DNA of 64,000 nucleotides from an uncultured Poribacteria bacterium (GTDB taxonomy: Bacteria > Poribacteria > WGA-4E > WGA-3G). The stretch spans positions 3,565,506 to 3,629,505 of the forward strand of contig OX638351.1 in assembly GCA_951813565.1 (NCBI GenBank), given 5' to 3'. Position numbers and translations under genes: made by a program. This document shows positions 20,276 through 30,784 of the stretch, piece after piece. The first letter of the stretch is position 1. Each line of letters starts with the position of its first letter. The notes beneath the pieces were generated by a model. That model was given only the letters and a program-made list of their open reading frames with translations. It was not told where the DNA came from and searched no databases.

Positions 20276-23200
20276 ATGTCAGGATATTATCGATTCCCAA
20301 CTATTTCTCAGGAAACCATTGTTTTTGTTTGTGAAGATGATTTGTGGACAGTTCCTATCAGTGGTGGCGTGGCACGAAGACTCACATCGAATCTTGGCGC
20401 AACAGGTTCCCCACAGTTATCCCCGAACGGTGAACGGCTTGCATTTGCTGGGCGTGAAGAAGGTCCAGCAGAAGTTTACGTTATGCCAGCACTCGGCGGA
20501 GAAGCAAAACGGCTTACTTATCAGGGAAGCAATGCCAGCATTGTTGGTTGGAGTGCTGATGGGGAAAGTATTCTTTATTCCAGCGGTGCGGGGTCAGCAT
20601 TTGGTGCATGGATATGGAGCATTTCCGCTGACGGAGGTGAACCGGAACGTCTTCCTTATGGCCCCGCGAACCACATCGCATTCGGAGAAAACGGCGGCGT
20701 TGTACTCGGCAGGTTAACACGCGAACCAGCACGATGGAAACGTTATCGTGGTGGCACAGCCGGACAACTCTGGATAGATATAGATGGAAATGGACAATTT
20801 CAACCGCTTGCACCTGTTGATAGTAATTTTACCACGCCAATGTGGATTGGGGATCGTATCTATTTTATCTCTGACCACGAAGGCGTAGGCAATGTCTATT
20901 CCTGCCGGACCTCTGGCGATGACATTCAACGTCACACACATCAAGAAACCTACTACTGCCGATCCGCACAAACTGATGGCACCCGCATCGTCTATCACGC
21001 AGGTGCAGACCTATGGATATACGATATTAAAGAAGATACCAATGACCAAGTTGACATTGAATTCCGAAGTCCACGTATCCAGCGACAACGCAAATTTGTA
21101 AACGCTTCACAGTATCTACAGGATTATGCACCATCCGCTGATGGCAGGTCTATTACTCTAACTTCTCGCGGTAAACTTTTTACTATGGCAAATTGGGACG
21201 GTGCTGTCCTACAGCAAGGCAATCGCAGCGGCACCCGATACCGAATGACGCGATGGCTTAACGATGGAAAACGCGTTGTTACCCTTTCCGATGCTGACGG
21301 AGAAGAAGCGCTTGAAATCCACACCTGTGATGGTAGCGAAGAAATTCGCCGTCTTGATGAACTTGACATTGGTCACGTTAGGCAACTTTCAATCTGTCCA
21401 AAAGGGGATGACTTGAAAGACCAACTTCTCATCGTCAATCATCGCTTTGAACTTCTGCATATAGAACTTGAAACATCTGAGCTACGAGTACTTGACAAAA
21501 GCCTCTATAATCGCATTCAAGGCGCAAGTTGGTCACCCGATGGAAAATGGATTGCCTATAGTTTCCCTGCTACAGAGACTACATCTTCAATCAAGTTGTG
21601 TAATGTTGAAACTGGAGAAACATCATACATCACGCAGCCAGAATTCAACGATTTTGCACCGGCTTGGGATCCAGATGGAAAATATCTCTATTTTCTCTCA
21701 CAACGCGAATTTGATCCTGTCGGGGACGCCCTTCACTTTGACCTCGGATTTCCTACAGCGACACGTCCCATGTTGGTGACATTGCAGAAAGAATTACGAA
21801 ATCCATTTTTACCTGCTACACCGTCACCTGAGGATGAGAAAGAAAAAGAAGATGAGGAAAAGGAGGACAAGGATACTGAAGAAAAGTCTAACGAAAAAAA
21901 CGGTGATTCTAAAAAGAAAGATGATGAAAAAAAGAAAAAACCAATTGTTATTGAGTTAGACGGTATTGAACAACGTGTTATCGCTTTTCCTTACTCACAT
22001 GGACGTTACAGACAGATTGCTGGTGTTGAGGGCAAAGCGATTTTCACGTCTTTTCCTGTTCAGCATGCGACCAACGCACCCGGTGAGGAAGATTCAAGTG
22101 CTAAGGGCAAACTCCACGCTTACGACTTCAAAGAACAGAAAAAGGAAGTGCTTGTTCCAGATATTGACTCTTTCCAACTTTCGCGTGATTACAAAAATCT
22201 TTTATATCGCACAGGAAACCGGTTGCGCGTCATCAAAGCGGGCAAAAAAGCTGAAGATGACCAAAAATCCGAAAACAAAGGCGGCAGGAACCGACACAGC
22301 GGTTGGATAGATGTAAACCGCGTCAGACCTTCCGTTATCCCTTCTGCCGAATGGAAACAGATGTATCGCGAAGCATGGCGACTTCAACGCGACTATTTTT
22401 GGACCGAAAATATGTCCGATGTTGATTGGGAGAACGTATATCAACGTTATCTCCCTTTACTTGAACGGGTTGCGACCCGTGCAGAATTTTCTGATTTGAT
22501 GTGGGAGATGCAAGGGGAACTCGGCACCTCACACGCGTATGAATCTGGCGGCGATTATCGTAGTTCTCCAAACTACGCACAGGGATTTCTCGGTGCCGAT
22601 TTTGTTTACGACTCAGAAAACGAAGGTTATCGCATCACACACATTGCGCGCGGCGACACATGGAATGAGAGAAGAGATTCACCGCTCAACGCGCCCGGTA
22701 TCAACGTCCAAGAAGGAGATGTTCTCCTTTCTATTGGTGGGCAACAGGTAAGTGAAAATGTTTCTCCAGGTGAGTTGTTAGTCAATCTTTCGGGACAAGA
22801 GGTCCAAACCACGTTCAAAAATGCTAACGACGGTGAAAAACGCGTTGTCACAATCAAGGTGCTCGGTGGTGAAAGTGAATTACGGTACCGCGAATGGGTC
22901 GCGCAGAATCGGAAATACGTTCACGAAAAAACGGATGGTAAGGTTGGGTACGTGCATATCCCCGACATGGGCAGACGTGGATATGCTGAGTTTCATCGCG
23001 GCTACCTCGCTGAAGTTAGCTATCCCGGTCTGCTCATTGATGTCCGCTATAATGGGGGTGGAAATGTTTCGCAACTAATCTTAGAGAAATTGTCTCGTCA
23101 CCGCATCGGATACGCTGTTCCACGATGGGGCACGCCACATCCATATCCTGCAGCTTCTGTGTTAGGCCCGATGGTCACTGTCACGAACGAAAATGCAGGG

Positions 23201-23563
23201 TCAGATGGTGACATCTTTTCACACTGCTTCAAATTGATGAAGTTAGGGAAACTTATCGGTAAGCGAACGTGGGGCGGCGTTATCGGTATTTCGCCACATC
23301 AAGGTTTTGTAGATGGTGGTTCAACAACGCAACCGGAGTATTCTTTCTGGTTCGTTGATGTCGGTTGGAACGTTGAAAACTACGGTACCGACCCGGACAT
23401 TGAAGTAGATTATCGTCCGCAGGACTATATGGGAGAAGATGATCCGCAACTTGATAAAGCGATTGAAATTCTCCTCCAGGAGATGGAAGATAACCCGCCC
23501 GAACTCCCCGATTTCGGTGAACGTCCACGTCTCACATTGCCAACCTTACCGAAAGCCGAATAA
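20276..23563 (+). CDS. Tricorn protease (S41 family), no signal peptide
   Basis: GYYRFP start, WKRYRGGTAG, ELGTSHAY, PDZ region, GYVHIPDM, DVRYNGGG, AGSDGD catalytic Ser, GKRTWGG. Confidence 0.93.
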   Translation: MSGYYRFPTISQETIVFVCEDDLWTVPISGGVARRLTSNLGATGSPQLSPNGERLAFAGREEGPAEVYVMPALGGEAKRLTYQGSNASIVGWSADGESILYSSGAGSAFGAWIWSISADGGEPERLPYGPANHIAFGENGGVVLGRLTREPARWKRYRGGTAGQLWIDIDGNGQFQPLAPVDSNFTTPMWIGDRIYFISDHEGVGNVYSCRTSGDDIQRHTHQETYYCRSAQTDGTRIVYHAGADLWIYDIKEDTNDQVDIEFRSPRIQRQRKFVNASQYLQDYAPSADGRSITLTSRGKLFTMANWDGAVLQQGNRSGTRYRMTRWLNDGKRVVTLSDADGEEALEIHTCDGSEEIRRLDELDIGHVRQLSICPKGDDLKDQLLIVNHRFELLHIELETSELRVLDKSLYNRIQGASWSPDGKWIAYSFPATETTSSIKLCNVETGETSYITQPEFNDFAPAWDPDGKYLYFLSQREFDPVGDALHFDLGFPTATRPMLVTLQKELRNPFLPATPSPEDEKEKEDEEKEDKDTEEKSNEKNGDSKKKDDEKKKKPIVIELDGIEQRVIAFPYSHGRYRQIAGVEGKAIFTSFPVQHATNAPGEEDSSAKGKLHAYDFKEQKKEVLVPDIDSFQLSRDYKNLLYRTGNRLRVIKAGKKAEDDQKSENKGGRNRHSGWIDVNRVRPSVIPSAEWKQMYREAWRLQRDYFWTENMSDVDWENVYQRYLPLLERVATRAEFSDLMWEMQGELGTSHAYESGGDYRSSPNYAQGFLGADFVYDSENEGYRITHIARGDTWNERRDSPLNAPGINVQEGDVLLSIGGQQVSENVSPGELLVNLSGQEVQTTFKNANDGEKRVVTIKVLGGESELRYREWVAQNRKYVHEKTDGKVGYVHIPDMGRRGYAEFHRGYLAEVSYPGLLIDVRYNGGGNVSQLILEKLSRHRIGYAVPRWGTPHPYPAASVLGPMVTVTNENAGSDGDIFSHCFKLMKLGKLIGKRTWGGVIGISPHQGFVDGGSTTQPEYSFWFVDVGWNVENYGTDPDIEVDYRPQDYMGEDDPQLDKAIEILLQEMEDNPPELPDFGERPRLTLPTLPKAE

Positions 23564-23583
23564 GACATATTCATTTTATTTCT

Positions 23584-23608
23584 GTAGGCGCGCTTTGCAA
23601 GCGCGCCT
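23584..23608. repeat. GTAG REP hairpin or terminator after the tricorn gene
   Basis: gtaggcgcgctttgcaagcgcgcct. Confidence 0.55.
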
Positions 23609-23730
23609 TTCCTTGTTTAATACTGCACGATTATTCGGAGTTGATTTGGAAGGTGTTATGTGCTAAAATGCTCCATATATTGATTATCTCACTAATTCAA
23701 TAATTGGAAAAACATTAGGATTCCCTATAG

Positions 23731-24024
23731 ATGAGGAACGATGAGTATGGCAAAACACAGGTTGAAATCCAATTCACACTCCCTATTGACGAAACACTGC
23801 TGCACCATAAAACTAATGCAGAATTCAAGGCAAAAGAGGCTTTTGTGCTTGAACTCCTTCGGCAAGGTGACATCAGTGCGGGCAAAGCCGCAAAACTTCT
23901 TAACATATCGAGATGGGATCTCTCATAGTTGATGTCTCCTGCTGGAATTTCTCCTTTTGCTGAGCAGACTGCAGAAGAATTAGCAACTGAAGTTGAAAGT
24001 GCTTTAAGAATTCTGAATAGATAA
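23731..24024 (+). pseudogene. UPF0175-family small HTH protein (antitoxin-like) with an in-frame TAG
   Basis: LELLRQGDISAGKAAKLLNISRWDLS, TAG at 23926-23928, then the frame continues LMSPAGISPF...EELATEVESALRILNR to TAA 24022-24024. Confidence 0.7.
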
Positions 24025-24041
24025 GGAAGACAAAAGCCACC

Positions 24042-25238
24042 ATGCGTATACTCTGTACGAACGTAGGAAGCACCTCGTTCAAATACCAAATCATTGATAT
24101 GGAAACAACGACCTCCCTTGTCAAGGGAGGTGTAGAACGTATCGGCAATTCTCCCTCTGGGTTCACGCATGCGGTACCGGGAAAACCTACCCGCGAAGGC
24201 GAAATTGACGCACCATCACATATTGATGCGATTGCCCACGCCATGCAACTCATCACGGATCCCGAAGTCGGTTGTCTTACAGACCTCAACCAATTGGACG
24301 GTGTCGGGTTTAAAACTATTCTTGCCAAAGGATACTGGCGTTCAGCACGGATTACAGAAAACGTTATCGCAGCATTAGAGGCATCTACACCACTTGCACC
24401 AATGCACAATCCTGCCTATATCGCCTCCATCCGCGCCTTTCAGGAATTCCTTCCCACAACACCGCTCGTTGCTGTTTTTGAGACGTGGTTTCACCAGACT
24501 ATCCCGGATTACGCCTACGAATTCGGTGTTCCTCGCTTCTGGGTAGAAAAACATGGCATCCGCAAATACGGATTTCACGGTGCATCGCATCGCTACATCT
24601 CTGAACGCGTGCCGCAAATGCTTGGTCTTGATAGCGGAGACGGACTTCGGATTATCTCCTGCCATCTCGGAGGTAGTTCCTCCATCTGCGCCATCAAAGA
24701 TGGGGAGTCTATTGACACCTCAATGGGCACGTCAACACAATACGGTATGGTCCAATCTACTCGCTGTGGAGACTTAGATGCCTTTGCTGTCCTGTATCTG
24801 ATGGATAGAGAGGGTTTTTCTACCGATGAAATTCGTCGGCAGTTGATTGAGGAATCGGGAGTGAAAGGCATCTCCGGCACCAGTGGCGATATGCGTGACG
24901 TAGAAGCGGCGATAAATGCTGGCAACGACAATGCTCGCTTAGCCTTAGAAACTTATGTTTACGGTGTAAAAAAATATATCGGTGCGTATATTGCAGCGCT
25001 TGGTGGGGTTGATGTCATCGCTTTTGCCGGTGGTATCGGGGAAAAGAGTGCAACGACACGCGCGCAAGTCTGTGAAGGACTTGAATGGTGCGGTATCCAT
25101 TTAGACGCTGAAAAAAATGCGAATTCAACTGGAGAAGCTGATCTTTCGTTGGACAACAGCCGCACGAAAATTCTCGTTGTTTCTACGAATGAGGAACTTA
25201 TTGTTTCACGTGAAACTGCAAGCGTCCTAAAAGGATAG
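24042..25238 (+). CDS. ackA: Acetate/propionate family kinase with an atypical active site
   Basis: NVGSTSFKY, APMHNP, KYGFHGASHRY, CHLGGSSS, TRCGDLD, FAGGIGE, TNEEL. Confidence 0.85.
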   Translation: MRILCTNVGSTSFKYQIIDMETTTSLVKGGVERIGNSPSGFTHAVPGKPTREGEIDAPSHIDAIAHAMQLITDPEVGCLTDLNQLDGVGFKTILAKGYWRSARITENVIAALEASTPLAPMHNPAYIASIRAFQEFLPTTPLVAVFETWFHQTIPDYAYEFGVPRFWVEKHGIRKYGFHGASHRYISERVPQMLGLDSGDGLRIISCHLGGSSSICAIKDGESIDTSMGTSTQYGMVQSTRCGDLDAFAVLYLMDREGFSTDEIRRQLIEESGVKGISGTSGDMRDVEAAINAGNDNARLALETYVYGVKKYIGAYIAALGGVDVIAFAGGIGEKSATTRAQVCEGLEWCGIHLDAEKNANSTGEADLSLDNSRTKILVVSTNEELIVSRETASVLKG

Positions 25239-25276
25239 ATGCCACGCGTGAATGCACAAATATAACCTAATGAACT

Positions 25277-25305
25277 TTGACAATCAAACGGGGTAATGTT
25301 ATGAT
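25277..25305 (+). promoter_or_regulatory. Sigma70-type promoter in the left end of the IS630 remnant
   Basis: TTGACA (25277-25282), 17 bp, TATGAT (25300-25305); AAGGAG RBS before ATG 25335. Confidence 0.55.
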
Positions 25306-25334
25306 GGTATAATCCAACATAAAAGGAGTATACC

Positions 25335-25670
25335 ATGGCAAAACGAAGAGAACTCATTCGGACAGAAGAAGAAAAACAGGAACTGATTGAATATCCAGAT
25401 CATCACGACCGTCCTGATGTAAGAGAAAAAGCTGCTGCGTTGTTGAAAATAGCCGAAGGTGTTTCGGCACACTGGGTTTCGACCTATGGGTTACTCAAAC
25501 GCCGCAAACCTGATACCATTTACAGATGGTTGAATATATATGACGAAGAAGGTTTTGATGGGTTAATCCAGCGGCAGCATGGCGGAGCAAGACAGCGATT
25601 TTCAAAAAAAAAAAAGAAGAACTATTAGAACGTGTGCGCCAAGCCCAGATGAAGTTGTGGATAAAGCGAA
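25335..25670 (+). pseudogene. Truncated IS630-like transposase (N-terminal HTH only)
   Basis: REKAAALLKIAEG, DTIYRWLNIYDEEGFDGL; A12 run at 25604-25615; no DDE domain follows. Confidence 0.6.
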
Positions 25671-26330
25671 AGGTGTCATCAAGACGATCACAATCAAACG
25701 TGACAGGTGCGGTGATTATTGGATATGCTTTTCGTGCGAGAATGTTGACGATTCCAAACCAAACGCCAAGACGGGTAAGAGCGCAGGGTTTGATTATGGA
25801 AACAAAACATTTCTAACAAGCGACGAAGGCGATAAGATACAATCACCGCAGTTTTTCAAACAATCACTCAACACGTTGCGATCTCTCAACAAAGCACTCA
25901 GCCGTAAAGTCAAAGGTTCTAACAACTGGTATCGTGCATACCGTGCTTTAGCAAGACAACACAGAAAAGTTGCCAGACAAAGAGAAGATTGGCAGTGGAA
26001 ACTGACTGACAAACTTTGCACGGAGTTTGATACACTCTACTTTGAAACTTTGAACCTTAATGGTATGAAACGGCTTTGGGGACGCAAAGTCTCTGACCAC
26101 GCCTTCTACCATTTCGGACAGATACTGGAACAGAAGTTGTGAAGCACGGCAAAAAACTTGTGCAAATCAGTCAATGGACAGCAACGACAAAACCTTGCAG
26201 TGATTGTGGATACCATAACGAAGAACTTTCTCTTTCAGATAGACAGTGGACATGCTCCGAATGTGGCTCACACCACGACAGAGACATCAACGCTGCTATC
26301 AACATCAAACGGGCCGGCTTGGCTGCCTAA
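25671..26330 (+). pseudogene. tnpB: TnpB (IS200/IS605 RNA-guided nuclease), N-terminally truncated and frameshifted
   Basis: IKTITIKRD, RuvC-I GFDYG, RuvC-II YFETL, zinc ribbon CSDC/CSEC, RuvC-III DRDINAA; 1-bp frameshift at ~26138. Confidence 0.85.
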
Positions 26331-26423
26331 AGTGGAGCGACACTAAGACGGTCAACTCTCTGAGAAAACCGCAGTCGCGAGGAAGCACAAGCCCCTACCT
26401 TTAGGTAGTGGGTACCTATGAAA
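26331..26423 (+). ncRNA. IS200/IS605 right end and putative omegaRNA (reRNA) 3' scaffold
   Basis: Directly downstream of tnpB; subterminal hairpin aagcccctacctttaggtagtggg (26389-26412) of the IS605/IS1341 right-end type; boundaries approximate. Confidence 0.5.
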
Positions 26424-26487
26424 TTCCCACTGATATCCCGTTTTATTTAATGTCTTTTTTGATACATAAACCAAACCTCTAAAATCA

Positions 26488-27933
26488 ATGCAAGGTAAAA
26501 AGATGAAAAACGCACAACTATCTAACCCTGAAATCGACTCCAAAAATCTTCCTGCAGTTTTGGGCGGGACACCAGTTTTTGAAATATCAGAAGATGCCCC
26601 GTTTCCGAAATTAGATCAATGGCGTCAAATTACCGAAGCAGAGGCACAAGTTGCTTACGAAATGACGTTGCGAAACGAGTTGTCAAGCGGATCTTCTACT
26701 GTGCAAGAATTTGAGCGAATTTGGCGTGAACGACACCAGACACAATTCGCTATGAGTCTTACCAACGGTACCGCTGCCCTACATAGTGCAATGTTCGGCC
26801 TCGGGGTTGGCCCTGGCGATGAGGTTATCTGTCCTACCTACACCTGGATGGCTTCTATAACACCTGCTCTAATGCTGAATGCAAGACCCGTCTTTTGTGA
26901 AGTTGACCCTAAAACGTTGCTAATTGATGTTAATGATGTTCGGCAGCGTATTACAAAGCGAACAAAAGCAATTGTTGCAATACATCTGTGGGGTAACGTG
27001 TGCAACATGGATGCCTTGATGGCACTCAGTCAAGAAACAGGTGTGCCTATAATAGAAGACTGTTCACACGCGCACGGCGCGTTTTATAAGGGAAAACTGT
27101 GTGGCAGTATCGGACAAGTGGGCGCATGGAGTTTGCAAGGAAGCAAAGCATTGTCTGCAGGCGAAGGCGGCATGCTCGCTACGAATGACATCACAGTTTT
27201 TGAACGCGCATGTTTATTAGGTCAGGTCAATCGCAGGATAGATAGTATAGGGGACCCAGTTTTGGATCCATCAGCGCTTTCCTACGCACATCTGCCGCCT
27301 ATGGGATTAGGAGTTAAATATCGCGCACATCCATTAGCAATTGGCATTGCATCCGTGCAACTACAAAAACTTGATGAACTCAACACAAACCGCCGTGCAT
27401 ATATTGAACAGATCACAAACGGATTAGAAGATATTCCTGGAGTATATCCTATTGAGCGATATACCGGTGCGGAGCCAGCAGCATTTTTTGGATTTCCTAT
27501 CCATTACCGCGAGGAAGAAATGCACAGTCTATCGGCACAAGTGTTTGCGCATGCTCTACGGAAAGAAGGTGTCTTGGCAAATAATAATCCATATCCGCTC
27601 ATGGTCGGTGATGGTGTGCCTGTTTTTTCTTCAAGTTTACCAACGAATAGTAACCCGTATCCGCTACTTCATACGCTTCCGCTCTTTGCGAAAGGGCTCG
27701 ATATTTTCACTAATGGACGTGGGTCTCTTTGTCCATCTGAGATGGATGGAGATTATGATGGATACGCCACTGGAGACTTGCCAATAACTGAGAAAATCTG
27801 TTCACAATTGGTATTTTTACCACTGTTAACAAAGCCTGTTCCAAAGGCAACTGAACGTATACTTACGGCAATTCGAAAAATTTCCAATCACGCAGAACTT
27901 TTGGCTAATACCGTCAAAGATGGCAAGGTATAG
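26488..27933 (+). CDS. DegT/DnrJ/EryC1/StrS PLP-dependent aminotransferase
   Basis: TNGTAALH, GPGDEVI, IEDCSHAHG, SLQGSK (PLP lysine), GEGGML; the start may be 26503. Confidence 0.88.
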   Translation: MQGKKMKNAQLSNPEIDSKNLPAVLGGTPVFEISEDAPFPKLDQWRQITEAEAQVAYEMTLRNELSSGSSTVQEFERIWRERHQTQFAMSLTNGTAALHSAMFGLGVGPGDEVICPTYTWMASITPALMLNARPVFCEVDPKTLLIDVNDVRQRITKRTKAIVAIHLWGNVCNMDALMALSQETGVPIIEDCSHAHGAFYKGKLCGSIGQVGAWSLQGSKALSAGEGGMLATNDITVFERACLLGQVNRRIDSIGDPVLDPSALSYAHLPPMGLGVKYRAHPLAIGIASVQLQKLDELNTNRRAYIEQITNGLEDIPGVYPIERYTGAEPAAFFGFPIHYREEEMHSLSAQVFAHALRKEGVLANNNPYPLMVGDGVPVFSSSLPTNSNPYPLLHTLPLFAKGLDIFTNGRGSLCPSEMDGDYDGYATGDLPITEKICSQLVFLPLLTKPVPKATERILTAIRKISNHAELLANTVKDGKV

Positions 27934-27947
27934 AATTTTTTAGAAAA

Positions 27948-29675
27948 ATGTCATTTGAATTTTCGAGTCTCACGCGAACTCAAAATATAAAAACCTTAAA
28001 GACAGAACCGTTAGATGTATTAGTTATCGGTGGTGGCATCGTCGGGGCTGGCTTAATTCGAGACCTCGCGTTAAACGGGGGAATCAAGGCTGGTTTGATT
28101 GAACAAGATGATTTTGCCAGTGGAACAAGTGGTGCAAGTTCTCAGCTTATTCACGGTGGGTTCCGCTATCTTGCCACACGCGACATCGGTCTTGTGAAAC
28201 AAGCGCGCAAGGAACGAGAAATACTGCTTCATATCGCACCTAACCTCGTTAAACCTATACCGTTGGCGATTCTTAGTTATAAGGGTGACCCGTATCCACT
28301 CACCGGTATTCAACTCGCCGCACGTTATTACAATCATCTCTCGAAATCAGACATAGCAGAAAAGTCAAAGCTTCTGCGAGATGTCCATAAGATACAAGCC
28401 ATGGTCGGCCCTGTTGCGACAGATGCATTAAAAGGCTGTGTTGTGTTATGGGACAGCAAGGTAGACGATGCGAGACTAACTATAGCAACACTTAAAGACG
28501 CATATCAGAACGGTGGGATTGTAACGAACTATGTCCAGTTTCTTCATTTTATTGCCCAACCCGATACGTCAAATCCAACGCACCGCATAATGGCTAAAGA
28601 TACTATTTCTGGTGAATGTTTTGAGATTGCCGCACGAAAAATTGTTTCTACGGCAGGTCCTTGGACAGATCAGTTATGGCGTAAAGACCCCAGTTATGAT
28701 GGAGTTCCTCGATTGGTGACCAAAAATGCTAAAGGAATTCACCTTATTTTGCCACGTTGTGTTGGGGGAAATAGTTCAGTTCAGTATGGTGTGATAACAG
28801 TGACACAGGCAGAAAAGTCGCATAATGAAAAGCAGCGCGCAATTTTTATTTTGCCCGGTGAGCACGATACCTCTATCATTGGCACAACTGAAACGACACC
28901 AGAGGGCGAACCGGAGTCTGTCCGTCCTTCCACAAAAGAAGTGGCGTATCTGCTTTCTGAAATACAGCGGCTTTTTCCAAGTATGTCGTTTGATCGCAGC
29001 GCTATTATTGGTGCTTATGCGGGAATACGTCCTCTCATCGCTACCAACAATTCTAAACAAATAAGTGAAAACGAAAGTCGTAATTTTGTTTCCCGAGAGC
29101 ATCTAATCACTGAAAGTCCAAGCGGCATCCTATATGTTTATGGCGGAAAACTAACGACACACCGTCTGATCGCTGAGGAAACGGTAGACTACTTGGCAGA
29201 ATCTCTAAATGTGCCTCGTGAATGTAAAACTGCTGTCTGTCCCTTGCCAAGTGCTATCTCAGAAGGACTTTGCGCGGATGACATTGATACAGTAATACGT
29301 TCAAACCATCAATCTGTAGTTAACTTACTTCCAAATTGTGATAAAGAACGTCTCATCCAAAGGTATGGAAACAGAGGATATCAAACCATTCAAGAGTTTG
29401 TGAATCAGGATGCAACGCTCGCTGAACCGATCACAACGTCTCTTCCATTTGTAAAAGCAGAAATCCTTTATGCTTATTGGGGAGAAATGGCAATTACGTT
29501 AGAAGACCTGCTGTGGAGACGCACCCGCATTGGACGGACGCAGGGACAAGGTTTAGACATAGCACCACAAATAGCGCAATTTCTCGGTAAATGGAACAAC
29601 TGGAATCAGGCAAGGGTCGCAGCAGAAGTTGAGAAGTATACCCACCGCATTCAGTGGTTAAATCATAATTTGTAA
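27948..29675 (+). CDS. glpD: FAD-dependent glycerol-3-phosphate dehydrogenase/oxidase
   Basis: DVLVIGGGIVG, DFASGTSGASSQLIHGGFRYL, VDDARL, KGIHL, AGIRPL, GGKLTT, DLLWRRTR. Confidence 0.85.
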   Translation: MSFEFSSLTRTQNIKTLKTEPLDVLVIGGGIVGAGLIRDLALNGGIKAGLIEQDDFASGTSGASSQLIHGGFRYLATRDIGLVKQARKEREILLHIAPNLVKPIPLAILSYKGDPYPLTGIQLAARYYNHLSKSDIAEKSKLLRDVHKIQAMVGPVATDALKGCVVLWDSKVDDARLTIATLKDAYQNGGIVTNYVQFLHFIAQPDTSNPTHRIMAKDTISGECFEIAARKIVSTAGPWTDQLWRKDPSYDGVPRLVTKNAKGIHLILPRCVGGNSSVQYGVITVTQAEKSHNEKQRAIFILPGEHDTSIIGTTETTPEGEPESVRPSTKEVAYLLSEIQRLFPSMSFDRSAIIGAYAGIRPLIATNNSKQISENESRNFVSREHLITESPSGILYVYGGKLTTHRLIAEETVDYLAESLNVPRECKTAVCPLPSAISEGLCADDIDTVIRSNHQSVVNLLPNCDKERLIQRYGNRGYQTIQEFVNQDATLAEPITTSLPFVKAEILYAYWGEMAITLEDLLWRRTRIGRTQGQGLDIAPQIAQFLGKWNNWNQARVAAEVEKYTHRIQWLNHNL

Positions 29676-29710
29676 AAATACTTTTAGCCAGGACACAGTT
29701 TTATAAAAAC

Positions 29711-30751
29711 ATGAATTGGTTCCGTTTTGGCAATCCGGAGTTCCTCTTTTTCCTATGGATCGGATTGCCGCTTTTAATTCTATTGCTGCTTTTTGGATTG
29801 CGCATGAAACGAAAAGCAATGCTGCGATTCCAAAGCAATCTGGATACAACACATCTGAAACGACACAAAGTTCAAGCTGTGTTCTTGATGTTGAGTTATC
29901 TCCTGGTAACGCTTGCGATCGCGCAGCCACAGTGGGGTGCTAAACCTGAAACAGCCGCAGAAAGGTTAGATGTAATGCTTGCATTGGATATTTCTACCAG
30001 TATGCTTGCTACAGATGGCAATTCTGTCCGCCGACTAACACGTGCCAAAAATGTCATGTTTTCCTTGCTGGAGCAGCTTCAAGGTGATCGTGTCGGTTTA
30101 CTTTATTTTGCTGAGGCGAGTATCGTGGTATGTCCATTGACAAACGACATCACTACGCTCAAAGAATTTTTAACAGCGATGACACCTGAAACACTTGTCC
30201 ATAGAGGCACACAAATTGGTAATGCAATTGAGATAGCAACTACCCGACTCGTCCCAGAGCAGAGAAACTTGACTACAACAGATACCGATTCCAGTGGACA
30301 AAAAGTGTTGATTTTTTTTACGGATGGTGAGGATCACGGGACAGACGCTATTGCGGCAGCGAAAGCAGCTAAGAGAGATGGTCTGCATATCTATTGTGTC
30401 GGTATTGGAAATCCCGATAAACCTGTTCCGATACCACTGCCGATTGAAAGCACAGGATACAAGCGGGATGTTAATGGACAACTGGTCCTAACCGCGTTAG
30501 ATGAGGACTATTTAGACGAGATTGCTAAAGCGGGAAATGGGAACTATTACCATGCAAACGAGGGTATCACACAGTTAACGACTGACCTGACACGACTTGA
30601 AAAGCAAAAATATAGGATTCACTCAGATGGTAAATATCAAGAAAGGTTTCAATGGTTTGTTGGGTTAGGACTAATTTTCTTGGTTGGTGAATTGTTGATT
30701 CAGAAATGGGAAATCGGAAGAAAGGCAAATAATGGAAGTTTCAAAGCATGA
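29711..30751 (+). CDS. VWA domain membrane protein, BatB-like
   Basis: RFGNP N-terminus, AQPQWG, DISTSM MIDAS motif, TDGEDH, C-terminal ERFQWF + TM segment. Confidence 0.85.
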   Translation: MNWFRFGNPEFLFFLWIGLPLLILLLLFGLRMKRKAMLRFQSNLDTTHLKRHKVQAVFLMLSYLLVTLAIAQPQWGAKPETAAERLDVMLALDISTSMLATDGNSVRRLTRAKNVMFSLLEQLQGDRVGLLYFAEASIVVCPLTNDITTLKEFLTAMTPETLVHRGTQIGNAIEIATTRLVPEQRNLTTTDTDSSGQKVLIFFTDGEDHGTDAIAAAKAAKRDGLHIYCVGIGNPDKPVPIPLPIESTGYKRDVNGQLVLTALDEDYLDEIAKAGNGNYYHANEGITQLTTDLTRLEKQKYRIHSDGKYQERFQWFVGLGLIFLVGELLIQKWEIGRKANNGSFKA

Positions 30752-30784
30752 TCGCTTCTTTCAACTTTGTAGCGTAATTATAGT

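Noticed and set aside
21830..21945. A-rich repeat-like tract in the tricorn gene
   Set aside because: It encodes an in-frame Glu/Lys/Asp low-complexity linker of the kind common in tricorn homologs.
23926..23928. Stop-codon recoding (TAG read-through or pyrrolysine)
   Set aside because: TAG is a normal stop for other genes here (e.g. 437-439, 2117-2119). A point mutation in a decaying gene is simpler.
25335..26330. Functional novel HTH-TnpB fusion nuclease
   Set aside because: It needs several frameshifts and lacks the TnpB N-terminal region and the IS630 DDE domain.
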